Shown: positions 38,694 through 49,185 of the stretch, in pieces
How positions within the stretch are numbered: position 1 is the first letter of the stretch
Layout: each line of letters starts with the position of its first letter
Source of the DNA: Candidatus Poribacteria bacterium
GTDB taxonomy: Bacteria; Poribacteria; WGA-4E; PCPOR2b
Direction of reading: 5' to 3'
NCBI GenBank assembly: GCA_965218095.1
Contig: OZ244587.1
Location: forward strand, 3,040,001 to 3,104,000
DNA: 64,000 nucleotides
Program-made: the position numbers and the translations under genes
Notes under the pieces: generated by a model
What the model was told of the DNA's origin: nothing
Database searches by the model: none
What the model saw: only the letters and a program-made list of their open reading frames with translations

Positions 38694-41600
38694 ATGAAAC
38701 AAAAATCAGTTCTATTTATCAGTTTTGTGCTGACAATCGGTATGCTCACCGGCTGTGCCGAGAAGGAAGATAAAAACATCCTTGAAGCACGGGAGGCAAT
38801 TGCGAAAGCGGATTACGCCGCCGCCCGGAGTGCTATAGAAACTGCGCCAGACCTTCCAGAAACTCAATCGCTGCAAGCGTTACTTCAGCTACATACCTCT
38901 TCGGGATGGAAAACTGAAGTGGCTCCTTGGCACGGAACAATTCAAAAGGTCGTTAATTATTTACAGCCGCTCAATGAGGATATAAAAAAAATGGAAGCGC
39001 AAGAAGATCCGGACTCCGATGATCTCGATCGGCTGGAGCGGCTCATCCGGTCAAGAAATTCGATTGCCGGTTTCCTCGCGAATTCGCTCGCCGAAGCCGC
39101 TGAACAAGACGTCGAGCTCCTTTCCAATTTAGTCAATCAGGTGGATTCCGTCGCGATTATGGCACTCCTGGAGGCTGAAAAATGCTTCGATCCGACACCT
39201 CGCCAAACAGCAGCGATGCTGATCCAAAAGTTCGGCAATACCCCGGCGGTTTCCAATCTACTGGTGACAGAGGCAACCCAAAACCAGGATGCAGCAATCA
39301 GAAGGCAAGCCGTCAAACATTTGGGCGATCTGAAAGATCCAGAACTTATCCCCCAATTTGAATCAATTCTCAGAAACAAAAACGAATCTCCAGATGTCCT
39401 CTACAACACAATCATTGCCGTGGAACAGATCAAAGATAAGCCGATCCTCTCCGCACTGAAACTGGCAACGCGGACGAATGCCGCTCAAGTTCGGATGCAT
39501 GCTGCAAAATTGATTGGACGCCTCAAAGCGGAAGATGCCATCGCAGATCTCATTTCCCTGCTAGCGGATTCTGATAATCATGTCAAAAACAGGGCAATCA
39601 ATGCACTGACCCAGATTGGAGAACCATCTATCAAGCACTTAATTGACGTGCTTGACTCCGGTGCACGCAATATCCTCCCAGTCCCAGACGAGAATTCAAA
39701 ACTTATAGTGGAGTATCAGTACATTGCGAACGCCTATATCGATGCGACGCGGCTGAAAAACCACCGAATCAGCGCACAAGCCGCAGCGATTCAGACGCTC
39801 GGTGCACTAAAAGCAAAGGAAGCGATTAGCCGACTGATTGATCTTTTTGAGGAGGATAATTTGCGCGTCAACGTGGTGGCTGCGTTGACAGCAATGAAGG
39901 GGGTTGCCGTTCCGCATCTCATTCAAGCCCTTCAAAATCCGAGAGATGATATCAGGATTCAGTCCGCTGAGGTGTTGAACAGCATTACGGATCTCCGAGC
40001 TGTGGACGCCCTTAGTGAAGCATTGAAGAACGATTCAAAAAAGGACGTTCAGGCCGCCGCCGCCGAAGCGCTTGGTACCATGAAAAACGCTGGCACAAAT
40101 AACGTCGCAGTTGATGTGCTGATTCAAGCGCTGGACCTGGACGATACCACTGCCACTAACGCCGCTGTCGCACTCGGTGAGATCAAGATCAGTACAGGTC
40201 AAGGGATTCAAAAACTGATTGAAATAGCATTGAACAAACGTGGACGCGAAACCGTGCGGAGCGCTGCGCTTTCTGCATTAAGTAAACTCAAGCCCCCCGA
40301 AGCCGTTCAGTCGATGCTGCTGCTGATGTTAAGTGATGAAACCAGCGCGACCACTCGTAAAGGCGCCCTGACAGCTTTGGGAGAGATTCAGGCAAAAGAA
40401 TCTGTTCGGGCGCTTTTATGGGTTCTATCGACGCGCTACGAAGACATCAAGGATTTTCAACGGCATATGAAAAGGCAGTACAAGACCCTTACGAGATTGA
40501 GAGAGGCAATTGATGCCTTGGGAATCCAATGGACAGGCGAATACGCCCAACCTGATTATCGAACATGGGGTGAATTGAAGCCGATCCCCAGTCTTGTCCG
40601 TAGTGAAGCGGCAATTTCGCTCGGCAAGATCAAAGGAGAATTACTGTTTATTAGCACTGAATTAGCAAAGTATGCGCTAGATCTGAATGAGGGCAAGTTC
40701 CCGGCAGATTTACGACAAGAGTTTAAAAATAATGAAGTCACCCTGTCTCAAAATGTCTCCGTCGTGGTTGACAAAGCAAGTGAAATCTGGTTCGTAACCG
40801 ATGAGGCCAATAAACAGCGGTACGATCTCCGGAAAGTGGTAAATCTCAACATTTATACCAGAGGGGACGAGGTATTGGAAACGCTGTTCAAGGCGCTCAA
40901 GGACGATGAGCGCGCCTCTGTGCGTCGAAGCGCGGCGTTGGCTTTGCAGGAAATTAAGGGAGAATCAGTGATTCCCTACTTAATGCGTGCGCTCAAAGAA
41001 GATAAGCAAGGAGTCGTGCGTCAGCAAGCCGCAATTTCTTTGGGCAAGATCGCAGGGGATAATGTGATTGCACCTTTGCTAACAGCCCTTAAAAAAGATA
41101 AGTATGAAACCACCCGCAAACAAGCCGCAACCGCTTTGCTTGACCTGAATCCGGAACTTGCAGATGGCGGGTTAGTCGATGTGCTGAAAAAGGGTGGGGG
41201 CGCCTTTGAAGAGGGTCATGAAGTCCAATCTGTTTTGACGCCAGTGATTGCCTCCTTAAACAAAGGTGGCACTGAAACGACTCTGAAGTTTTTACTAGAC
41301 GCGCTCAAATCCGAAGATGACGAGTGGACGCGCTGGGCGCTCGTGCATGTGATAGGAGAAATCAGTGGAACATCAACCACGGTAAAAATGACGACGGCAC
41401 AGCACCAATCCATGATGGATGCGATTAACAAAGAGTTGGAGCACCCGAACCACCTTGTTCGCAAGGAGGCAGTTGCTGCGCTTGGAAAATCCAAAGATCG
41501 AGAAGTCCTTGAAATCTTGACCAAGGTGCTTCAAGATACGAATGAGTCCAAGTCAATCCGCGCAACCGCGGCCGCGGCATTAGGTGGATTGCTTGATGAA

Positions 41601-42776
41601 TGTGGATCTGATTCGCTCCTAACTGCCCTGGATGACGAGAATGCCGAAGTTCGATTACAGGCTGCTACCGCATCAGGCGCCCTCAAGAGTGCCCATACTG
41701 TGGATAAACTGATTGGACTGCTTCAGGATCCTTTGGAAGATACATCAGTACGGGCGGCTTGTGTAACTGCGCTTGGATTGATTGGCGATAAGAAAGTGGA
41801 GGCTGTCATTCTTAACGTTTTGAGAACGGAAATCGGTGATATCTACACAAACGCGATTACAGCACTGGGACAACTTAAAAGCACGGAAGTTGTACCGGAA
41901 TTGATTGCAATCCTCGAAGATCGAAGTCTAGACATAGATCACGCAACGGCCGCCACCGTAAAGTTCTCTGCCCGTATAAAAGCCGCAGATGCGCTTGCCG
42001 AAATTGAGGACGACCGTGCCGCCGAAGCATTCGGCAGACGTCTCGTTGACGATTCAGAGTATGTGGTGACTATTCTTCCAACGGAGATATTCAACCACAA
42101 CTTCGCGTGGGAGGCGTTTGCGATAGCCTCCAAACCATTTCAGTTGCCTGACTTTGTTGTCCCCAAGATGATTGAGCGCATCGACAAGAGTGCACCGGAA
42201 GATTGGCCCATTAAAGCCGCCGCTACGATTGCGCTTGGAGGGTGTGATACCCCAGAAGCCATGTCGAAGCTCAAGGAATTGCTCACTGACCCGAAAGTAG
42301 AAGTACGCAAAGAAGCTGCACTCAGCATCGGTAAAGCTTGGCACAGTGAACTCAAGCCTGACCTTGTGAGAATCATGAAAGGTGAGACGGAAGATAATAA
42401 AGATGTGCGGCGTTGGGCAACACAGGGGGTAGGAGAACTCAGAGATCCATCAACCGTTCCGGATCTCATCGAAGTCTTCAATAACGAGATAAATCATGAG
42501 GAGATCCGTCGAGACGCCGCTTTGGCGCTCGGAAAAATTGGCACTGATGCAGCCGTAGCCCCGCTGATTAAGAAACTGAAAGTCCTTCCGAGCGAACAAG
42601 CAACTAAAAATCTGAGGCTGGACATTGTCAAGGGGCTTGCCGAAGCCAAGAATCAAACGGCTGTGCCTGTTCTCCAAACGGTTCTGGCAGATAAGGATAC
42701 TGACATCCACTTCTGGGCGGCGGATGCGCTGTTTCAGATTACCGGCGATGGGCATGGGTATCGCCGTGCGGGTTAG
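38694..42776 (+). CDS. HEAT/PBS-lyase repeat lipoprotein
   Basis: Lipobox MLTGC; many VRxxAAxALGxI repeats. Confidence 0.85.
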   Translation: MKQKSVLFISFVLTIGMLTGCAEKEDKNILEAREAIAKADYAAARSAIETAPDLPETQSLQALLQLHTSSGWKTEVAPWHGTIQKVVNYLQPLNEDIKKMEAQEDPDSDDLDRLERLIRSRNSIAGFLANSLAEAAEQDVELLSNLVNQVDSVAIMALLEAEKCFDPTPRQTAAMLIQKFGNTPAVSNLLVTEATQNQDAAIRRQAVKHLGDLKDPELIPQFESILRNKNESPDVLYNTIIAVEQIKDKPILSALKLATRTNAAQVRMHAAKLIGRLKAEDAIADLISLLADSDNHVKNRAINALTQIGEPSIKHLIDVLDSGARNILPVPDENSKLIVEYQYIANAYIDATRLKNHRISAQAAAIQTLGALKAKEAISRLIDLFEEDNLRVNVVAALTAMKGVAVPHLIQALQNPRDDIRIQSAEVLNSITDLRAVDALSEALKNDSKKDVQAAAAEALGTMKNAGTNNVAVDVLIQALDLDDTTATNAAVALGEIKISTGQGIQKLIEIALNKRGRETVRSAALSALSKLKPPEAVQSMLLLMLSDETSATTRKGALTALGEIQAKESVRALLWVLSTRYEDIKDFQRHMKRQYKTLTRLREAIDALGIQWTGEYAQPDYRTWGELKPIPSLVRSEAAISLGKIKGELLFISTELAKYALDLNEGKFPADLRQEFKNNEVTLSQNVSVVVDKASEIWFVTDEANKQRYDLRKVVNLNIYTRGDEVLETLFKALKDDERASVRRSAALALQEIKGESVIPYLMRALKEDKQGVVRQQAAISLGKIAGDNVIAPLLTALKKDKYETTRKQAATALLDLNPELADGGLVDVLKKGGGAFEEGHEVQSVLTPVIASLNKGGTETTLKFLLDALKSEDDEWTRWALVHVIGEISGTSTTVKMTTAQHQSMMDAINKELEHPNHLVRKEAVAALGKSKDREVLEILTKVLQDTNESKSIRATAAAALGGLLDECGSDSLLTALDDENAEVRLQAATASGALKSAHTVDKLIGLLQDPLEDTSVRAACVTALGLIGDKKVEAVILNVLRTEIGDIYTNAITALGQLKSTEVVPELIAILEDRSLDIDHATAATVKFSARIKAADALAEIEDDRAAEAFGRRLVDDSEYVVTILPTEIFNHNFAWEAFAIASKPFQLPDFVVPKMIERIDKSAPEDWPIKAAATIALGGCDTPEAMSKLKELLTDPKVEVRKEAALSIGKAWHSELKPDLVRIMKGETEDNKDVRRWATQGVGELRDPSTVPDLIEVFNNEINHEEIRRDAALALGKIGTDAAVAPLIKKLKVLPSEQATKNLRLDIVKGLAEAKNQTAVPVLQTVLADKDTDIHFWAADALFQITGDGHGYRRAG

Positions 42777-42861
42777 CGTTTAATCTTGTCTGGCTTGGAG
42801 AGGAGTTACGATAAACGTACATATCACGCACCACACAAATCAGCACAAGGAGGAGAGAACG

Positions 42862-43377
42862 GTGAAGTCAAATCCCAACCGACTAATCGACCATTTTTTT
42901 GAAATGCAAAAAGAAATAGGCCGCCTTTTCGATGATTTTACGCAACCCTCTCAAGATATAACGACAGAAACCACGCATTGGCGACCGCCGATGGATATTT
43001 ACGAGACGGTCGATAACTTTGTTGTCAAGGTTGAGATTGCGGGCATCGAACCTGGCGAAGATGTTAAAATTCATCTGAATCAAAACGTCTTGACCATCAA
43101 AGGGTACCGGCAAGATCGAACTGCCCTGAAAAAAGAACACTACCACCAGGCTGAGTTAAACTATGGCCCGTTTGAGCGGACTATTATGTTGCCGAATGTC
43201 TTGGCGGAAGATGTTGAGCCGATAGCGAGTTACGAAAATGGTTTTCTTGAAATCTATATCCCTAAAGCCAAGCAGGATCGTTCAAAGGAGATTGTTGTGC
43301 AAGTCAAGAACGAGCTAGAGGCTGCGGACCTTGAGAATACAGAACGAAAGGAGCTTGATGATGGCGCCGAAGAATAA
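42862..43377 (+). CDS. Hsp20/alpha-crystallin small heat shock protein
   Basis: WRPPMDIYET, VEIAGI, YGPFERTIMLP, ASYENGFLEI. Confidence 0.92.
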   Translation: MKSNPNRLIDHFFEMQKEIGRLFDDFTQPSQDITTETTHWRPPMDIYETVDNFVVKVEIAGIEPGEDVKIHLNQNVLTIKGYRQDRTALKKEHYHQAELNYGPFERTIMLPNVLAEDVEPIASYENGFLEIYIPKAKQDRSKEIVVQVKNELEAADLENTERKELDDGAEE

Positions 43378-45742
43378 AAAGAAACAGGAACTGAATTCAG
43401 AAACGCCCAGAGAACTACCGATTATACCCCTTGCAAGCAATCTCGTTATCTTTCCTTATATGCCCCCGGTTCCACCCTTTCCGCCGCATCACGTCGTATT
43501 GTCGGGAGAGAGTATGATGTCGGCTGTCGACGAAGCCATGATTGATGGTTCACGGATCATCTGTATCTTTAAGCTCCGGGAGGAGAAAGACCAGGAAGAG
43601 TTGACGGTTGAAGATTTTAGTTCTGTTGGTATGCTAATTTATATTATCAAGTATCGCAAAGAGGACGAAGACGTATTATTCCTCGCGCAGGGGCGTGCAA
43701 GGGTTCGGATTGAAGAGATTACTCAGACGGATCCATTTATCAAAGCGTATGTGCGAATCGTCGAGGAGGAGGAAGGGGAGACCTCTGTTGAAATGGAAGC
43801 CCTGATGCGCAGTGCCGCCTCGCTATTTCAAGAAATCGTGAATCTCTCCTCAAAGTATCAGGAGGAGTTCGGGTTTATTGCTGACAATATCGAGGAGCCG
43901 GGACGCCTTGCGGATTATATTGCGGGAGCACTCGATCTCAAACCTGAAGATAAGCAAGTCATCCTAGAAACCATACCTGTCGAGGATCGGTTGGCTCAAC
44001 TCATCGTTCCGCTGACCAAAGAGTTGGATCTTCTCGAACTGGAAAGCAAAATTCACTCCGACGCGCAGGAAGTGATTAACAAAGGACAGCGCGAATACTT
44101 CCTGCGAGAGCAGATGAAAGCCATCCAAAAAGAGCTTGGTGAAACCGACGATCTGTTGCTAGAGGTTGAGGAGATGCGAGAGCAGATCGAAAAATCCAAT
44201 ATGCCTGAAAGGGCGCGCACCACCGCAGAAAAAGAACTCAATCGTCTATCCAAAATGCATTCATCTTCCCCGGAGTCAACAGTTTCGCGGAATTACCTGG
44301 ATTGGCTCATCAACCTCCCCTGGGACGTCAGCACAGAAGATCGCCTGGAGATTTCTCACGCGAAGCAGATTCTCGACGAAGACCACTATGACCTCGAAAA
44401 GGTCAAAGACCGTATTCTGGAATACCTTGCGGTGCGCATGCTCAAGCAGGATATGAAGGGACCGATTCTCTGCTTCGTCGGTCCCCCGGGGGTTGGAAAA
44501 ACCTCATTGGGGAAGTCAATCGCCAGGGCGATGGAGCGCAAATTTGTGCGGATGTCATTGGGCGGGATTCACGACGAAGCGGAGATCCGTGGACACCGAC
44601 GCACCTACATCGGATCAATGCCGGGGCGTATCGTCAAGAGTCTGCGTCAAGCGGAATCCAATAACCCGGTGTTTATGTTAGACGAGATCGATAAGCTCGG
44701 CTCGGATTTCCGTGGTGACCCGGGGGCTGCGCTGCTGGAGGTCCTCGATCCGGAGCAGAACAATGCTTTTGTGGACAACTACCTGGAGGTCCCCATCGAT
44801 CTCTCGAAGGTGATGTTCATTACCACAGCAAATCAACTTTACACCATTCCGCCCGCCCTGCTTGACCGCATGGAGACTCTGGAACTCCCTGGCTACACAG
44901 CCAACGAAAAACTGATGATCGCCAAGCAATATCTCATCCCACGGCAACTCGAAGCGCACGGCATCACCGCAGATGGACTCTCGATCGCGGATGACGCGGT
45001 GCATCAAGTAATCGATAAATACACCCGTGAAGCGGGTGTGCGAAACCTTGAACGCGAACTGGGTACAATCTTTCGGAAAGTTGCCCGCAAAATCGCCGAA
45101 GGAACGGATACGCCAACACATGTAACGGCGGACGATATTTCGGATTATCTGGGACCAACCAGATTCTACTCCGAAGTTGCTGATCGGAAGGAAGAGGTTG
45201 GGGTCGTTACAGGTATGTCTGCTACCCCATCTGGAGGCGAGATTCTGTTTATTGAAGCAATTAGCATGGCCGGTAAGGGAAAGTTGCTGCTGACCGGACA
45301 GATTGGCGATATTATGCAAGAATCCGCTCAAGCGGCGCTGAGTTATATCAAATCTCAGTCTGACACCTTGCATTTCGATTCAGATTTCTTCCAGAAGAAT
45401 GACATCCATGTTCACGTGCCAGCAGGGGCAATCCCGAAAGATGGGCCCTCCGCCGGTATCACAATCGCCACGGCGCTGGCTTCTCTGGCGACGGGGCACA
45501 ACGTAACCCCCGAGGTTGCAATGACCGGCGAAATTACGCTGCGGGGGCGTGTGCTACCGATCGGCGGCTTGAAGGAAAAGACGCTGGCGGCAAAGCAAGC
45601 GGGAATTAAGAAGGTGATCCTTCCTCAACACAATAAAAAAGATCTCGTTGAGATCCCCGAAGACGCCAGGGATGGACTTGAATTCGTATTTGTCGATCAT
45701 GTTGATGAGGTTTTTGATCGGGCGCTTAAACCGGGCAGTTAG
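43361..45742 (+). CDS. lon: ATP-dependent protease La
   Basis: [39 protein letters not shown] (catalytic Ser), PIGGLKEK. Confidence 0.96.
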   Translation: MAPKNKKKQELNSETPRELPIIPLASNLVIFPYMPPVPPFPPHHVVLSGESMMSAVDEAMIDGSRIICIFKLREEKDQEELTVEDFSSVGMLIYIIKYRKEDEDVLFLAQGRARVRIEEITQTDPFIKAYVRIVEEEEGETSVEMEALMRSAASLFQEIVNLSSKYQEEFGFIADNIEEPGRLADYIAGALDLKPEDKQVILETIPVEDRLAQLIVPLTKELDLLELESKIHSDAQEVINKGQREYFLREQMKAIQKELGETDDLLLEVEEMREQIEKSNMPERARTTAEKELNRLSKMHSSSPESTVSRNYLDWLINLPWDVSTEDRLEISHAKQILDEDHYDLEKVKDRILEYLAVRMLKQDMKGPILCFVGPPGVGKTSLGKSIARAMERKFVRMSLGGIHDEAEIRGHRRTYIGSMPGRIVKSLRQAESNNPVFMLDEIDKLGSDFRGDPGAALLEVLDPEQNNAFVDNYLEVPIDLSKVMFITTANQLYTIPPALLDRMETLELPGYTANEKLMIAKQYLIPRQLEAHGITADGLSIADDAVHQVIDKYTREAGVRNLERELGTIFRKVARKIAEGTDTPTHVTADDISDYLGPTRFYSEVADRKEEVGVVTGMSATPSGGEILFIEAISMAGKGKLLLTGQIGDIMQESAQAALSYIKSQSDTLHFDSDFFQKNDIHVHVPAGAIPKDGPSAGITIATALASLATGHNVTPEVAMTGEITLRGRVLPIGGLKEKTLAAKQAGIKKVILPQHNKKDLVEIPEDARDGLEFVFVDHVDEVFDRALKPGS

Positions 45743-45848
45743 CGGACCAGCAGGGGGAGAATAGCCAAGCCAGCAAATCTGTTCATGGGTTCACAGGTTC
45801 ATTAGATTCCGTAAATTTTGAACTCACACAAAATTTTTGGAGGCTATC

Positions 45849-46044
45849 ATGATCAAAACCACACAGATTATCCCGATTTACCTCACTACTTTTTTATGTT
45901 TGGCTCCCAGCCTATACGCCCAAAATGTCTATGAACAGTTGGGCGCTGCTGATTGGAGTCAACCAGTATAAACACTTTCCGTCCCACCTCCAACTCAATT
46001 ATGCCGTCAACGACGTTGAGGCGCTTCAGAGGTTGCTCATTGAT
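45849..46044 (+). pseudogene. Truncated, frameshifted caspase-family (peptidase C14) gene
   Basis: GGAGG + MIKTTQII...LYAQNVYE signal peptide; other frame SWALLIGVNQY...LNYAVNDVEALQRLL; similarity then stops. Confidence 0.65.
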
Positions 46045-46147
46045 TGCCCGCGGCAGGTTGTGCTAGAAATTCGCTTGACACAAATATCCATTCGTTGTAA
46101 AGTGCGTTCCATTAACCAATTTCCCAACCGAATGAAGGAGAATCTTT

Positions 46148-46780
46148 ATGTCCCTCAAAATAGAGAAGATGTTTGACTCTCCCGGCCCACAGCCAAACGG
46201 CGTGCAAGCAACAGAAGAAGGACTCTGGTTCCTTGATCAACGTTCAAATCAAGTCAGCCTCATGTCTTATGACGGGGAACTTCTGAAAACCTTCGATACA
46301 GATTCGGTTCACGGAAGCGGCATCACGGATTCAAGTACGGAGCTTTGGCTCGCATCGACCTACGGTTGTAAGATCATCAAGACGGATAGAACGAATGGAT
46401 CAACTATCGCGTCTTTTCCAACCGCCGGTGCATCAAAGACGGGGGCACACGGATTAGAGTGGCGCGACGGCAAACTGTGGATGGCGGTGCCTCCATCGGC
46501 GACAATCTATCAATTGGATCCGGAGAATGACCTTGCTGTGCTGCACACAATTCCTGCCCCCGGAAACCGTCCACACGGTCTCGCGTGGGAGGGGGATGAT
46601 CTCTGGTGCGTCGAGACAAACCACCGGGCGATCTATCGGCTGAACCCCAAGGACGGCTCAACGATCGAGAAAGTTGAAATTCCCGAACCATACCCTGAAC
46701 CGCACGGAATGACACGCTGGGATGATTGCTTCTGGTATTGTGATGCGAGATCGAGAGCAGTTTGTCGGGTGTTTCGATAG
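46148..46780 (+). CDS. Beta-propeller protein (glutamine cyclotransferase/Vgb-like)
   Basis: Repeated PG-x-x-P-(H/N)-G-L-x-W...LW blades. Confidence 0.7.
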   Translation: MSLKIEKMFDSPGPQPNGVQATEEGLWFLDQRSNQVSLMSYDGELLKTFDTDSVHGSGITDSSTELWLASTYGCKIIKTDRTNGSTIASFPTAGASKTGAHGLEWRDGKLWMAVPPSATIYQLDPENDLAVLHTIPAPGNRPHGLAWEGDDLWCVETNHRAIYRLNPKDGSTIEKVEIPEPYPEPHGMTRWDDCFWYCDARSRAVCRVFR

Positions 46781-46969
46781 TCGGGTGTCTCTAAAGTGTA
46801 ATCAAAGGTCAAATCCATACGCCGCGTGAATCGACTAAATACCCTTTTCGATAAGGCCGCAACTGCTAAAGGCATATCCGAAATTGAGACCGATTGAAAG
46901 CGTGTGAGGATGAGAAAATCGTATGAGTGCCTCACTTTTTCACATAATGGTTCTTTATAGGAGTAAAAA

Positions 46970-49021
46970 ATGAGGTTCTCTGAAACGTTATTGCGCGTTG
47001 ACAACCTCAAAACCTACTTTCGCACTGCGGAAGGGCTCGCTCGTGCTGTAGACGGCATTTCTTTTGATATTCAGCGTGACGAGATCTTCGCAATCGTCGG
47101 GGAATCCGGCTGTGGGAAGAGCGTTACGGCGTTGTCGATTATTCAACTTGTGCCGCAGCCAGCGGGCTTTATCGCAGGTGGGGAGATCTATTACAGAGAC
47201 CGAGAGATTACCCGGCTGCCAGAGGTCGAAAAGCGGAAAATTCGCGGCAACGAGATTGCGATGATCTTTCAGGAACCGATGATCAGTCTCAACCCTGTGT
47301 TTACCGTTGGGAATCAAATTCTAGAGGTGATTCAGCAACATCAGGGCATACAGGGGAAAGCCGCGAAAATCACCGCTATCGAAATGTTGGATCTGGTCGG
47401 CATCCCGGAGCCTGCGAGGCGTTTCGAGGAATATCCCCACCAGCTTTCGGGCGGCATGAGACAGCGTGTCATGATTGCGATCGCGCTATCGTGTCGCCCC
47501 GGCTTGCTAATTGCTGATGAGCCGACGACCGCACTGGATGTGACGATTCAGGCGCAGATCCTGGAGTTGATCAAGCAGCTTCAACGCGAGTTTGGCATGG
47601 CGGTATTACTGATTACCCATGACCTCGGCGTCGTGTCGGAAATGGCAAATCGGGTTGCCGTCATGTACGCGGGAAAAATTGTGGAAACCAGCGATTGGGG
47701 GGCGCTCTACCACCATCCCCACCACCCCTACACAACCAAATTGCTTGACTCCCTCCCTTCCCGCCAGAAGCGGGGCGATGCCCTGCAAACCATCAAAGGG
47801 CGTGTCCCACAAGCGACGCGATATCCTGAAGGATGTCGTTTTGCCGATCGGTGCCCCAAAGTGATGAACGGCTGTGATACCAGCTTGCCGCCACTGATCG
47901 AGATCGAAGCAGAACACCATGCGGCGTGCCACCTCTACAATCCTGATTTTAATCATTCCGCTGACGCCACCGAGATTGCATCCATCCCAACCTCAACAGC
48001 AGTAGCGCCTCCCCCCGCTCTCAAACCCGACGCCCCTGACGAATCACTCATTCAGGTGAACAACCTGCGTGTCCATTTCCCCATCGTAAAAGGAATCCTC
48101 AAGCGGACGGTGGGCTATGTCTATGCGGTGGATGGGGTCAACCTTGCCATTCCCAAAGGGAAGACCCTCGCCCTTGTCGGAGAATCTGGGTGTGGAAAAA
48201 CGACGCTCGGCAAAGCGATCCTTCGACTCGGCGTTCCGGTTCAAGGAGAAATCCGCTGCGGCGGCGGTGACCTCGCACAGTTAAGCAGATCTGAAATGCA
48301 CCCCTATCGACGACGTCTCCAGATCATTTTCCAGGACCCCTACTCATCGCTCAATCCGCGCATGATGGTTGGGAACACGATTCAGGAAGGCATGATAACG
48401 CACGGCATCGGAGGGAGTCGGTCAGAGCGCGAAGACCGTGTGCGTGAACTGATGCAGCGTGTTGGACTCTCACCCGATATGATGAATCGGTATCCCCACG
48501 AGTTTTCCGGTGGACAGCGCCAGCGGATCGGCATTGCCCGGTGCCTGGCTGTCGAGCCCGATTTCATCGCCTGCGACGAGGCGACAAGTGCGTTGGATGT
48601 TTCAGTGCAAGCGCAGATTCTGAACCTGCTCAAGGAACTTCAGGATGAATTCAATCTGACCTACCTGTTCATCACCCACAACCTTTCCGTCGTCGAATAC
48701 CTTGCAGATGAGGTGGCGGTGATGTATCTCGGCAGAATTGTCGAGCAGGGAACCACCGAAGAAATCTTTGATAATCCCAAGCACCCTTACACCCGGGCGC
48801 TCCTTTCCGCTGTCCCCAAAATCGATCCGGAAACTGGCATTGAGAAGATTCGGCTCGAAGGGGATGTGCCGTCGCCAATCAATCCACCGAAAGGCTGTCA
48901 CTTTCATCCACGTTGCCCTAAAGCGATGCCGCGTTGTAGCGAGGCGTATCCTGACGAGACCGCCTTTACGGAAACCCATTTGTGCCGATGTTATCTTTAT
49001 GATGTGAAACGTGAAACGTAA
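46970..49021 (+). CDS. Oligopeptide/dipeptide ABC transporter ATP-binding protein, two fused ATPase domains
   Basis: Two GESGCGK Walker A, YPHQLSGG / YPHEFSGG, two oligo_HPY + Cys C-terminal domains. Confidence 0.93.
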   Translation: MRFSETLLRVDNLKTYFRTAEGLARAVDGISFDIQRDEIFAIVGESGCGKSVTALSIIQLVPQPAGFIAGGEIYYRDREITRLPEVEKRKIRGNEIAMIFQEPMISLNPVFTVGNQILEVIQQHQGIQGKAAKITAIEMLDLVGIPEPARRFEEYPHQLSGGMRQRVMIAIALSCRPGLLIADEPTTALDVTIQAQILELIKQLQREFGMAVLLITHDLGVVSEMANRVAVMYAGKIVETSDWGALYHHPHHPYTTKLLDSLPSRQKRGDALQTIKGRVPQATRYPEGCRFADRCPKVMNGCDTSLPPLIEIEAEHHAACHLYNPDFNHSADATEIASIPTSTAVAPPPALKPDAPDESLIQVNNLRVHFPIVKGILKRTVGYVYAVDGVNLAIPKGKTLALVGESGCGKTTLGKAILRLGVPVQGEIRCGGGDLAQLSRSEMHPYRRRLQIIFQDPYSSLNPRMMVGNTIQEGMITHGIGGSRSEREDRVRELMQRVGLSPDMMNRYPHEFSGGQRQRIGIARCLAVEPDFIACDEATSALDVSVQAQILNLLKELQDEFNLTYLFITHNLSVVEYLADEVAVMYLGRIVEQGTTEEIFDNPKHPYTRALLSAVPKIDPETGIEKIRLEGDVPSPINPPKGCHFHPRCPKAMPRCSEAYPDETAFTETHLCRCYLYDVKRET

Positions 49022-49185
49022 TGTGGGCGAGTGTTTCGGCTGGCGATCGACATGATAAAGGAGAAGTTGGCGATGAGTTGGTAATGAAATTACTGCTTTA
49101 GTAACGGAAGCCAAACAACTTTGGCATTTGATCCTTGCGAAGGTTTGGAACCTTCGCAAGGTTTTCGGTGGAAAGGAGAGACTCA

